Shown: positions 9,201 through 17,244, counted from the first letter of the stretch. The stretch: 64,000 nucleotides of DNA from Candidatus Zixiibacteriota bacterium (GCA_034003725.1 JAVEYB010000001.1:154466-218465), one strand, 5' to 3'. Made by a program: numbers and translations. Notes: generated from the letters alone by a model not told the origin.

Positions 9201-10394
9201 TTAGAAGTTCAACTGGAAGGACGTCTGCGCGCGCATGGTCTTGGCCTGCTCGCCGTCGAGATAGTCCGTCTGCCACTGGCTCAGTTCGAAGCCGACCGCA
9301 ACGGGATCAACCAGCTTGTAGGTGATGTTACCGTACACGCACTGGTTGTAGACGCGGTCGCCGGTATTGAGATCTTCGTCTTCCGGATCATCCATGCCGT
9401 AACCGGCGCTGAACTTCACTCTCGGAGAGACCTGCGCCCAGACCGAACCCCAGGCGCCAAACGACGCGACGCCGTCAACTTTGCTGTTGTTGGCGATGCC
9501 GGCGAAGTAGCTACCGCCGTTGGAGCCGGAGTAGACTTCGCCGCTGACACCGAAGGCCTTGGAGAAGTCGATCTGCAGGTGACCCGAGGCAATCCAGCTC
9601 TCGTAGTCTTCGTAGTTGCCCAGGTTGGTTTCGGCTTTCAGCTTGCCCCAGAGACCGGACACGCCCAGCTGCAGCGCGGCGCCCGATGCAAACGAGTGTT
9701 TGACATCAAGCAGACCCTGCACCGAGGGGATACCGGCGTCGGTGCCGTCGTCGGCGCCGTCAGCGGTTTCGCCAAGAGCGAGCGTGAAAGTTGGAGTCAG
9801 GTCGTTGCCGATCGTCCGGAAGGCGCCTCCTGCCATGGTGACATTGGTCTCCCCGGCCTTGAAGGTCTGCCACAGACTGACCTGGGCGCGACGGTAGCCG
9901 ATATTACCCACACCCCAGAGAACCGAGTAGTTGAGGGTGGATGGATTCAGCGGCGAGATCAGATCGGTGCTCTGTCCGGCCAGCAGCTTCGTGCCGCCTT
10001 TCTGCACCGTGAAGTACGCGTGCCTCAGCTGCAACATCGGTTTGTTCTCAGCGATGGTCGCGCCGGTGACTCCCGCATACAGGTCAAATTCAACTTTGCC
10101 GTTGATCTTGACGTCTTCGTATCCCTTGCCCGCAAGGTTCAGTCCGAACCGCGACTGGTTGGCGGTCATGTTGAACTGATCGTCGTCGTCCTCATAGGAT
10201 TGCGGTTTAACCCACATGGCGAAATTGCCGTGGCTGGTCAAATTCTGGTCGTAGGCGCCATCCAGTTTGAAATAACCGTACAGGTTATATTCAAACGACT
10301 TTGTGTTGTCGGCGAGGGTCGATGTGCCTGCAAGCAGCACGCACAGGATCGCTCCAAGCGCAACAGCCACCACGCTTCGTGTCTTGTCTGTCAT
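9201..10394 (-). CDS. Outer-membrane beta-barrel porin-like protein
   Basis: Signal peptide MTDKTRSVVAVALGAILCVLLAGTSTLA. Alternating amphipathic beta-strand pattern rich in Y/G/N. C-terminal ...TSFQLNF with terminal Phe. GGGAGG Shine-Dalgarno. Confidence 0.7.
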   Translation of the reverse strand: MTDKTRSVVAVALGAILCVLLAGTSTLADNTKSFEYNLYGYFKLDGAYDQNLTSHGNFAMWVKPQSYEDDDDQFNMTANQSRFGLNLAGKGYEDVKINGKVEFDLYAGVTGATIAENKPMLQLRHAYFTVQKGGTKLLAGQSTDLISPLNPSTLNYSVLWGVGNIGYRRAQVSLWQTFKAGETNVTMAGGAFRTIGNDLTPTFTLALGETADGADDGTDAGIPSVQGLLDVKHSFASGAALQLGVSGLWGKLKAETNLGNYEDYESWIASGHLQIDFSKAFGVSGEVYSGSNGGSYFAGIANNSKVDGVASFGAWGSVWAQVSPRVKFSAGYGMDDPEDEDLNTGDRVYNQCVYGNITYKLVDPVAVGFELSQWQTDYLDGEQAKTMRAQTSFQLNF

Positions 10395-10668
10395 TCTGTG
10401 TACCTCCCAATGGGTTCTTTTGTCGATGATCGGGCGTTTGCATTGGTATCGGGAGGTTATGGCGGAGCGTTAATGTGGCCGTGACTCGGGGGAACCGGGA
10501 TTGAGCGCCTCGACACCGTACTCCCTTGTCCCACACGCGATTACATCCTGCGTGCGGGTAGGAATAGAACTACCCGCTGCCAAATCTGTGCAATCGCCGC
10601 ACAGGGTCGCGCGGTTCCGATACTGCCGGCGCATCCTCCATCAGGCGTATAGTCGACCTCTCCGTCCG

Positions 10669-11685
10669 TTATCGTCCGGGTGCCACGATAGCGGTATCGA
10701 TTCCCACCAGTTGCCCTTCGGGCCAGACCCCGTATAACTCCACAATCCAGGTTCCGGGATAGACGTCATAGAGGATCGAGCGCAGGTTGTAGAGGCAATA
10801 GCAATCACACATGCCGAGCGAGTCGCCTTCAAAGGCACGGATTACGTTTTCATCGAACTCGAATGTCGTGAAAAATCCAGGGCAGCAGTTCATCCATGCA
10901 CCCATGTGGTGGATGTAGAGATCGTTACCGACGACGTCTACATGCATTGACTCTTCCTGACCGATCCACACCGTATCGATGCCAACCGTATGGCCGTCGC
11001 CGTGAACAAGTTCGACGATATACATGGTCGGCTCCTGGATCTCTATCAGGTAGATGACCGCTTCCAGGTTGAAATAACACATGCAGTAGCAGGGATTGTT
11101 CGTCGTGTCTGCTTCCTGCACGGTGACGTAGTAACCGCCGGGGATGTTCTCGATCTGTGCGGTGACCGCGTACATCATACAGCAGTTGTAGTAGGCGTTG
11201 AAGTGGTGCACGTGAAGATCATCGCCGACGATCTCGGCATACATGTACTCGGTCGAGTCTTCTTCACCAAGTTCCGGAAAAGCGATGCATTCGCCCTGCG
11301 TGACTGACAGCGTGGACATCGAACCGGCAACGCCCGGAACCTTGTCAGTCTGCAAGCACTTACCGTCAGTCGACTCGCGGATGATACCCGGGCAATCGGG
11401 CGCCGGTCCGCCCAGAAACGCGAGATTAACAAGCCTGATAAGATCGGACATGTCAAGCAGCCCATCGGCGTTGCAGTCGGCTGTGTAGGGACAATTCGGC
11501 CCGCTGCCGCCAAGGAAGAGGAAGTTGACCAGATGGATGATATCGCTGAGGTCAGTGGCGGTGCCGTCACCGTTGATGTCGCCACAGAGCGGCTCCGAGA
11601 CAGCGCTCGCGGATACGGCAAAGAAGATGGCGCAGAGACAGGCACACGACACCGCAAGTTTGCTGCGGATAAATGCGCGTGACAT
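10669..11685 (-). CDS. Secreted protein with an N-terminal dockerin-like EF-hand pair and a duplicated Cys/His-rich module
   Basis: Signal peptide. Dockerin-like repeats GDINGDGTATDLSDIIHLVNFLFLGG and CNADGLLDMSDLIRLVNLAFLGG. Two copies of a module L-x-[VI]-HH...NCC...C-x-C-x-C-[FL]-[FY]-NL...IVEL. Confidence 0.7.
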   Translation of the reverse strand: MSRAFIRSKLAVSCACLCAIFFAVSASAVSEPLCGDINGDGTATDLSDIIHLVNFLFLGGSGPNCPYTADCNADGLLDMSDLIRLVNLAFLGGPAPDCPGIIRESTDGKCLQTDKVPGVAGSMSTLSVTQGECIAFPELGEEDSTEYMYAEIVGDDLHVHHFNAYYNCCMMYAVTAQIENIPGGYYVTVQEADTTNNPCYCMCYFNLEAVIYLIEIQEPTMYIVELVHGDGHTVGIDTVWIGQEESMHVDVVGNDLYIHHMGAWMNCCPGFFTTFEFDENVIRAFEGDSLGMCDCYCLYNLRSILYDVYPGTWIVELYGVWPEGQLVGIDTAIVAPGR

Positions 11686-11841
11686 GATTCACCCCGTTTA
11701 TGACGAGAATCTCTTTCGGCGGCCCGACGCTCGTTGGCCGCTGTATGGCTCTGTTGTAAGCCAAGTGAAGTCGAAAGTAATATACCGTCCTGTCCATGTT
11801 ATGCAACCGAATTGGCGGGGAGATCGCGGAGGTAATCTACC

Positions 11842-13602
11842 TCAGTTCTTAAGCTGGTGCGCGACCAGTTCGCGGTACAGGGCGGAACGCTCCATCAACA
11901 CGTCGTGACGACCCTCATCGACAATTCGTCCGCGATCGAGCGCTACGATTCGGTCGACGTGCTTGATCGTAGAGAGGCGATGGGCAATGATAATTGCAGT
12001 TTTGTCAACCAGGACTTGTTCGAGGGCCTGTTGAATCAGGTACTCCGAGTTGGCATCCAGCGCCGAGGTAGCTTCATCGAGTATCACCACGGCCGGGTTT
12101 TTGAGTATGACGCGGGCCAGACACAGTCGTTGTTTTTCGCCTCCGGAGATTGTTACGCCACGCTCGCCGACAATATGTTGGTATTTATCGGGCAAGCTGT
12201 CGATGAACCCGCCGATGTTGGCGATCCGCGCCGCGGCATGTACGTCGGCCTCGGTCGCTGTCGGCACACCGAACGCTATGTTGTCATGGATTGTGGCGCG
12301 AAAGAGCAGCGGTTCCTGATCAACGATGGATATGGCGCTGCGAAGACTGGTGAGCGAGAGGTTGCGAAGGTCGACGCCGTCAAGCGTGACCGTCCCGTCG
12401 TCCGGATCGAAAAACCGCATAATGAGATTGATGATTGTAGTTTTTCCGGAGCCCGACGGTCCGACGATGGCAACCTTCTCCCGCGCCGCCACTCGCAGAT
12501 TGATCCCTTCGAGTCGAAAGCCGTTACTGCCCTCGTAGGCGAAACGCACATGTCGCAACTCGACCTCGCCTCGAGGCTGCGACAGCACGACCGGGTTCGG
12601 CGGCTCGACAACGGTCGCGGGGATATCGAGGTACTCGAAGATGCGGTCGACCGACGCCATCGCGGACTTGACCTCGATATGCAGCGATGCCAGCCCTTCG
12701 ACCGGACTGTACAAATAGGTCAACAGCATATAGAAGGCGATCAGAGCGCCGAGCTGCATTTGTCCCTGTGCGATCAAATACGTTCCCCAGGCGAGTACGA
12801 CAATCGGTCCCAGCATGGAAATGAACTGCACGACATTGACGGAGAGCGAGGTATTGACGGATATCTGGACGTAGAGCCGGGTGATACGGTCGACGATCGT
12901 GCGGAGGCGGCCGCCCTCGCGGTTTTCCTGTCCGAACGCCTTGACCGTCTTTATGCCGGTAAAAGACTCCTGTATTCGCCCGGACAGCGAAGCGATGGCT
13001 TCCTGCAACCACCGGCTGATCCTGTTCAGGCGGCGGCCGTAAAACGAGGTAATCACCACCGTCAGCGGCACGGGAATGATCGCAATAACCGTCAGGTACC
13101 AGTTGACGTTCAGCAGGTAGATCAGAATCGCCACCAGCAGCAGAATGTTGGTGAAGAACATCAGAAGCGTCGAGGTCAGCAGGCTCTGCACGCGGCTGAC
13201 GTCGGAGAGAATCCGCGACATGATCTCCCCCACCTGATTGTTCTGATGGAACTGCAGCGAGAGCGACTGAAGGTGTGCGAAGAGTGCGGTTCGCATGTCC
13301 GCGATGATGTGCGCGCCGATATAACCGGCGAGATAATCACGGACCCAGGAGAACAATACATTGGCCAGATAGACACCGACCAGAAACAGCCCGAACATGA
13401 CGATCGGTGTGATATCGGGGCTGGCGGAGTCTCCGGCAAGCAGCGTCGGAATCAGATCATCGATAAGATACCGGACGGCGCCGGGAAGGACGAGCGCGAG
13501 CGCCGCGATGATCGTCATCACGAACAGCGTCAGCAACTCCAGACCCCAGTAGGGGCGGAGGTAACACCACAGCCTTTGGACTTTGCTCTTTTTCGCCGTC
13601 AT
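11842..13602 (-). CDS. ABC exporter, fused permease/ATPase (MsbA-like half transporter, no C39 peptidase domain)
   Basis: Six-TM N-terminal domain. Walker A GPSGSGKTT, signature LSGGEKQR, Walker B VVILDEATSALD, H-loop IIIAHRL. It lies directly downstream of the rSAM genes. Confidence 0.9.
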   Translation of the reverse strand: MTAKKSKVQRLWCYLRPYWGLELLTLFVMTIIAALALVLPGAVRYLIDDLIPTLLAGDSASPDITPIVMFGLFLVGVYLANVLFSWVRDYLAGYIGAHIIADMRTALFAHLQSLSLQFHQNNQVGEIMSRILSDVSRVQSLLTSTLLMFFTNILLLVAILIYLLNVNWYLTVIAIIPVPLTVVITSFYGRRLNRISRWLQEAIASLSGRIQESFTGIKTVKAFGQENREGGRLRTIVDRITRLYVQISVNTSLSVNVVQFISMLGPIVVLAWGTYLIAQGQMQLGALIAFYMLLTYLYSPVEGLASLHIEVKSAMASVDRIFEYLDIPATVVEPPNPVVLSQPRGEVELRHVRFAYEGSNGFRLEGINLRVAAREKVAIVGPSGSGKTTIINLIMRFFDPDDGTVTLDGVDLRNLSLTSLRSAISIVDQEPLLFRATIHDNIAFGVPTATEADVHAAARIANIGGFIDSLPDKYQHIVGERGVTISGGEKQRLCLARVILKNPAVVILDEATSALDANSEYLIQQALEQVLVDKTAIIIAHRLSTIKHVDRIVALDRGRIVDEGRHDVLMERSALYRELVAHQLKN

Positions 13603-13728
13603 AGTCGTAACCGGTAGTCGGTCACTCCCTCGCTAGATTTCAGCGCCGTATAATACGCACGCCGGGCGTCGATAGCAACGCCCGGCGCACATCAAAAACA
13701 CTCGACATCAGCGGCCGATGGCCGTATC

Positions 13729-14847
13729 TCACTGAGCCGGCATCTCCTCGCCGATCTGCCGATAAACCGCGGTCAGCAGGTTGGTAATCAGCTCATTGTC
13801 CTGGCAATGCAGCCCCTGCCCGTGCTCAATCCGGTATATACAGTAAGGGTTGTCGCCCCGCGACCCGGATGCGGAAACTGCCGTCGTCGCACAGCCGGCC
13901 CGGCACATCGGCAGATACTTGCACTGCTTGCAGAAACCGCCGGCGGACTCTCGCTTGAATTTGCGGTTGTACGCGAAGGCGTCGGGGTCGTTCCAGATCT
14001 CGGTAAGGGAACGCGTGCGGATATTGCCCTCGACGAACTGCTCGGGCATCGACAGGCATCCCTTGATATCGCCGTTGGACTCGATCCCGAGTCCCCGCGT
14101 TCCGGCAAAACATCCCCAGTACGGGTGGCCGTCAGTCAACATCGTTCCCTTACAGCCGTAGTAACCGATATTCTCGCCGACATCGATATCCAGCCGCTTG
14201 TCCTGTTTCAGTTCGAGGATCTTGTCAACGAAACGCGGGAAGTTCTCGATCGACATGACGAGATTGCCGTGTTCCCTCATGCGGCCGGTGGCCGTGGTCA
14301 TCTGGATGCGCCACTGCGGCACACCGCTGTCGATAAGGATATCGCGGATCGTCTCCATCTCGTCGAGGTTGATGTTGGAGATCTGGCTCAGGGCGCAGAA
14401 TTTTTTCAACCGGGGGTTGGCGGCCATCAGATGGAACGCGTTGATCACCCGGTCGTAACTGTCCTCGCGCTGCCGGATGAAGTTGTGGGTCTTTTTGACG
14501 CCGTCGAAACTGACGCCGACATTGCGAAGGCCGACATCGACGAAGGTATCGACAATCTCCGGCGTGACCGCCATACCGTTGGTGATCAGGTACGGTTTCG
14601 CGCCGTTGTCGTTGATTCGTTTAGCCAGCAGGGGCCAATCAGTGCGAAGCAGCGGTTCGCCGCCGGAGAGGGTGATGTCCACCGCCCCGAGCGCGCATAA
14701 CTCGTCGATCAGGGCCAGGGCTTCGTCGGTCGTCAGTTCGTCGGGACGTTTCTTCCCGGCGGCCGTGCCGCAGTGGAGGCAACGCATATTACAGGCAAAC
14801 GTGATCTCCCAGACGACGGCTTGCGGATAAAACTGAAACTCGCTCAT
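13729..14847 (-). CDS. Radical SAM/SPASM-domain enzyme (putative peptide maturase B)
   Basis: CNMRCLHC (CxxxCxxC) cluster motif near the N-terminus. C-terminal SPASM cysteines GC...C...GC and CKQCKYLPMCRAGC (CX2CX5CX3C). ATG 14847 overlaps the upstream stop as ATGA. GGAGGAG Shine-Dalgarno. Confidence 0.85.
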   Translation of the reverse strand: MSEFQFYPQAVVWEITFACNMRCLHCGTAAGKKRPDELTTDEALALIDELCALGAVDITLSGGEPLLRTDWPLLAKRINDNGAKPYLITNGMAVTPEIVDTFVDVGLRNVGVSFDGVKKTHNFIRQREDSYDRVINAFHLMAANPRLKKFCALSQISNINLDEMETIRDILIDSGVPQWRIQMTTATGRMREHGNLVMSIENFPRFVDKILELKQDKRLDIDVGENIGYYGCKGTMLTDGHPYWGCFAGTRGLGIESNGDIKGCLSMPEQFVEGNIRTRSLTEIWNDPDAFAYNRKFKRESAGGFCKQCKYLPMCRAGCATTAVSASGSRGDNPYCIYRIEHGQGLHCQDNELITNLLTAVYRQIGEEMPAQ

Positions 14848-16190
14848 GACTTCTCCTCCACAGCGGCTTGCATCCGCTGCTGTCGTTCGCGTGCGATTAT
14901 TTCGAGCATCGGTTGAAGGTTGTGCTTCCAGCTGTCGCACAGCTGGTCGCCGGAGGCGACGCCTTCGGCGCGGCGGGCGGGACATCCGCCCATGCAGATG
15001 GGCAGTATCGTGCAGTCGCGGCACTTCTCGTCCTCGAATGGATCGAAGGCGAAGAGGCGCTGGAAATTTTCATGATGGAAGTCGATAGGCTCTTTGATGT
15101 TCCCGGTCGCCCTGGACAGGTCGCCGACATAATTGAAGCATCGGTACAGGTAGCCCTCGTGGTCGATCAGAAACGAGTTGACCTGCTGCGACATGCAGAC
15201 GGTCGCTGACGGCGACGGCAGCGACTCGATCCGAAATCCGTTATCGAGCAGAATTCGGTAAAACGCCGCCTCTATCGCGGCGAAATCCCGGTTCTCGTAG
15301 CACTGGTCTGCGATATTGGCGCATGCCGTGGTGGCTGACTCGATCTTGCCGAAATTGACCGCCACCCGCTCTTGCAGCCCGGCTCGCGCAAGCTCGTCGA
15401 GCAACTGCTGCACCATATCGGCGGTGAACGTGCGGTCGACATTAACGCGGACGCTGATCGACATCAGCCCGCTGGCATACGTGATATTCTCGATTATCCG
15501 ATCGAAGCTTTCCTTGCCGTTCTTCAGCGGCCGCTTGCGGTTGTGGATATGCGACGGTCCGTCGAGCGTGACCTGCACCTGCCGAACGTGCAGCTCGGTG
15601 AGTCGATCGACAGTCTCGCGCGTAAGCAGATAGCCGTTGCTGATCATCGATGCGTCGTACGGAATGCCGTGTGACGTGCCGACCTCAAGGAACGCGGCGG
15701 TCAGCCGCTCGATAATATCCATGGCCAGCAAGGGTTCGCCGCCATACCAGCAGACGTCGAGATGCTTGAGCTGCGCAGCCTGACGGTTCACGAAGGCAAT
15801 CAGGCTGTCGATCACCTCGGTCGACATCCGGCCTCGCTTGTTGCCCTCGAAACAGTACCGGCACGCCATGTTACAGGCCATCGTGGGGGCGATGACGAGG
15901 CCGAGCGTGCTGGTTTCAAACCGCGTCCGGCGGTGGAGGAATTTGTAGGAACGGAGTTCGTCGCGCGCGTCGTCGTATAAAAACCGGCCGTAAATCAGCT
16001 GCTGCAGCAACTGCTGCTCGGCCTCGGTAAAGGATGGCGACTCGCCGTTGCCCAGTTTCGCGGCGAGCGCGCAGTAGGCAGCGTAGTTTTCATCGGTCAT
16101 GAGTGCCACCGCACCGCTGCATGCGTTGTACGCTATGTGGTACCCGTTTGGCCCGGACTGAAAGTGATTATACCGCGATACCTTAAACAT
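14844..16190 (-). CDS. Radical SAM/SPASM-domain enzyme (putative peptide maturase A, with an N-terminal extension of about 100 aa that could be a peptide-recognition element)
   Basis: CNMACRYC rSAM motif at about residue 100. SPASM motif CRDCTILPICMGGC plus upstream CMSQQ...YRC. N-terminus KVSRYNHF...YNACSGAVALMTDENY resembles peptide-modifying anSME-like maturases. Start is ATG 16190, or alternatively TTG 16199. Confidence 0.85.
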   Translation of the reverse strand: MFKVSRYNHFQSGPNGYHIAYNACSGAVALMTDENYAAYCALAAKLGNGESPSFTEAEQQLLQQLIYGRFLYDDARDELRSYKFLHRRTRFETSTLGLVIAPTMACNMACRYCFEGNKRGRMSTEVIDSLIAFVNRQAAQLKHLDVCWYGGEPLLAMDIIERLTAAFLEVGTSHGIPYDASMISNGYLLTRETVDRLTELHVRQVQVTLDGPSHIHNRKRPLKNGKESFDRIIENITYASGLMSISVRVNVDRTFTADMVQQLLDELARAGLQERVAVNFGKIESATTACANIADQCYENRDFAAIEAAFYRILLDNGFRIESLPSPSATVCMSQQVNSFLIDHEGYLYRCFNYVGDLSRATGNIKEPIDFHHENFQRLFAFDPFEDEKCRDCTILPICMGGCPARRAEGVASGDQLCDSWKHNLQPMLEIIARERQQRMQAAVEEKS

Positions 16191-16235
16191 GAGTTTCAAC
16201 CAATCAGCTTTCGTCCCTATTCACGTCGTTGACCA

Positions 16236-16265
16236 GGTGCGGGAAAGGTCGCCCCTTCCCGCACC
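16236..16265 (-). promoter_or_regulatory. GC-rich hairpin in the 273-nt spacer between the precursor genes and maturase A (possible attenuator or processing site)
   Basis: 10-bp stem ggtgcgggaa / ttcccgcacc with a loop of about 10 nt. No U tract follows, so this is not a canonical terminator. Confidence 0.35.
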
Positions 16266-16463
16266 GTCGTTTCTCCCGATCGGCACGGCGTGCGGCCGAA
16301 CCGAATACAACCCTCCGCAAATCGGATAATTTGCAGGCACCGATCGCGCCCAGCTGCGCGAGTGATTGCGGTGCAGTTGCCCTTGAATCGTGTGTCTCAA
16401 CCACGGTTCAGACCGACGGTGTCCGAATCGGGCATACAGCCTCGCAAGGCTGTGCAGCGTGCA

Positions 16464-16580
16464 TTAAATCGGAATCGGTGGTACGCCATACAGCGGGTAC
16501 ACGACACCTTTGCACCTGGTCTTGCAATAAATTCTGCAGACCTGCGTCGTCACATCGCTTGGATCGATGAGATAAATCAC
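16464..16580 (-). CDS. RiPP precursor peptide 1 (38 aa): MIYLIDPSDVTTQVCRIYCKTRCKGVVYPLYGVPPIPI
   Basis: GTG start 10 nt after AAAGGAGGTGA. TAA stop. CxxxCxxxC core. Paralogous to the peptide at 16695-16802, with mostly synonymous differences. Too short (under 60 aa) for the supplied ORF track. Confidence 0.7.
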   Translation of the reverse strand: MIYLIDPSDVTTQVCRIYCKTRCKGVVYPLYGVPPIPI

Positions 16581-16694
16581 TCTTGTTTCACCTCCTTTCA
16601 GTGGGTTCAGGTTTCACTCTGCACTGACTGTTCGTGCGATACGGTGATAACGACATTCCATAAGCAATGCCGATCACCTAACGCGGGGTATCGC

Positions 16695-16802
16695 CTAAAT
16701 CGGAACCCCGTACAAAGGATACACGACACCCTTGCACTTCTTGCTGCAATAAAGAATGCAGACCTGGCTGGTCACATCCTTCGGATCGATTAAGTAGATC
16801 AC
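16695..16802 (-). CDS. RiPP precursor peptide 2 (35 aa): MIYLIDPKDVTSQVCILYCSKKCKGVVYPLYGVPI
   Basis: GTG start 9 nt after AGGGAGGTGA. TAG stop. Same CxxxCxxxC-KGVVYPLYGVP architecture. Against peptide 1 there are 13 synonymous and 7 replacement codon differences. Confidence 0.7.
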   Translation of the reverse strand: MIYLIDPKDVTSQVCILYCSKKCKGVVYPLYGVPI

Positions 16803-17215
16803 CCGCAGTCACCTCCCTTCAGTCGGAGTAGCAAAGTGTTTGAGGTACGTCGGCACACATCCGCACGGCGGCGCCGCACATATGCGGCCGGGTTAAGACG
16901 TGTAAATGCGTTTAAAACGTGGTGAATAAATGACTGGACCGTCGATGCCGATTCACCTCCACAGCGGTTAGTCTATCTGAAGGCATATCACTGCGATTGC
17001 GCACGACGTGCACAGCCGCGTTCGGCAATTCCTGGGCGTCGCCATGTTGCGACGACGCCGTCAAAGCTGCTGCTGATAAAATGCGGGTCCCCGGATTGAC
17101 CCCACACCCTTACAACTCGAAAAGTCGTTCCACAACTTCGACCGAGACCATCGCTTGTGCGCGATTTCACACATCTTTATCCAAAAATCGCGTTAGCACT
17201 CTACGATGTGGAAAC

Positions 17216-17244
17216 AAAATAATTTTCGTAGAGTATCTTGTCAA
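17216..17244 (-). promoter_or_regulatory. Candidate sigma-70-type promoter facing the RiPP locus
   Basis: The minus strand reads TTGACA-N17-TATTTT inside a local AT-rich island. It is overlapped by an 8-bp inverted repeat CTCTACGA...TCGTAGAG (17199-17233). It lies about 410 nt upstream of the first precursor gene. Confidence 0.3.

Noticed and set aside
16204-16404. 66-aa minus-strand ORF between peptide 1 and maturase A. I considered it as a possible PqqD/RRE-like accessory protein.
   Set aside because: The composition is Arg-rich, with no Shine-Dalgarno and no PqqD-like pattern. It also runs straight through the GC hairpin at 16236-16265. It is more likely non-coding spacer.
16290-16793. 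167-aa plus-strand ORF spanning the precursor-peptide region, with an internally repeated segment.
   Set aside because: The internal repeat (NRNRWYAIQRVHDTFAP... / NRNPVQRIHDTLAL...) is simply the antisense reading of the two paralogous peptide genes. There is no Shine-Dalgarno. The minus-strand small ORFs have strong Shine-Dalgarno boxes and a synonymous-substitution pattern.
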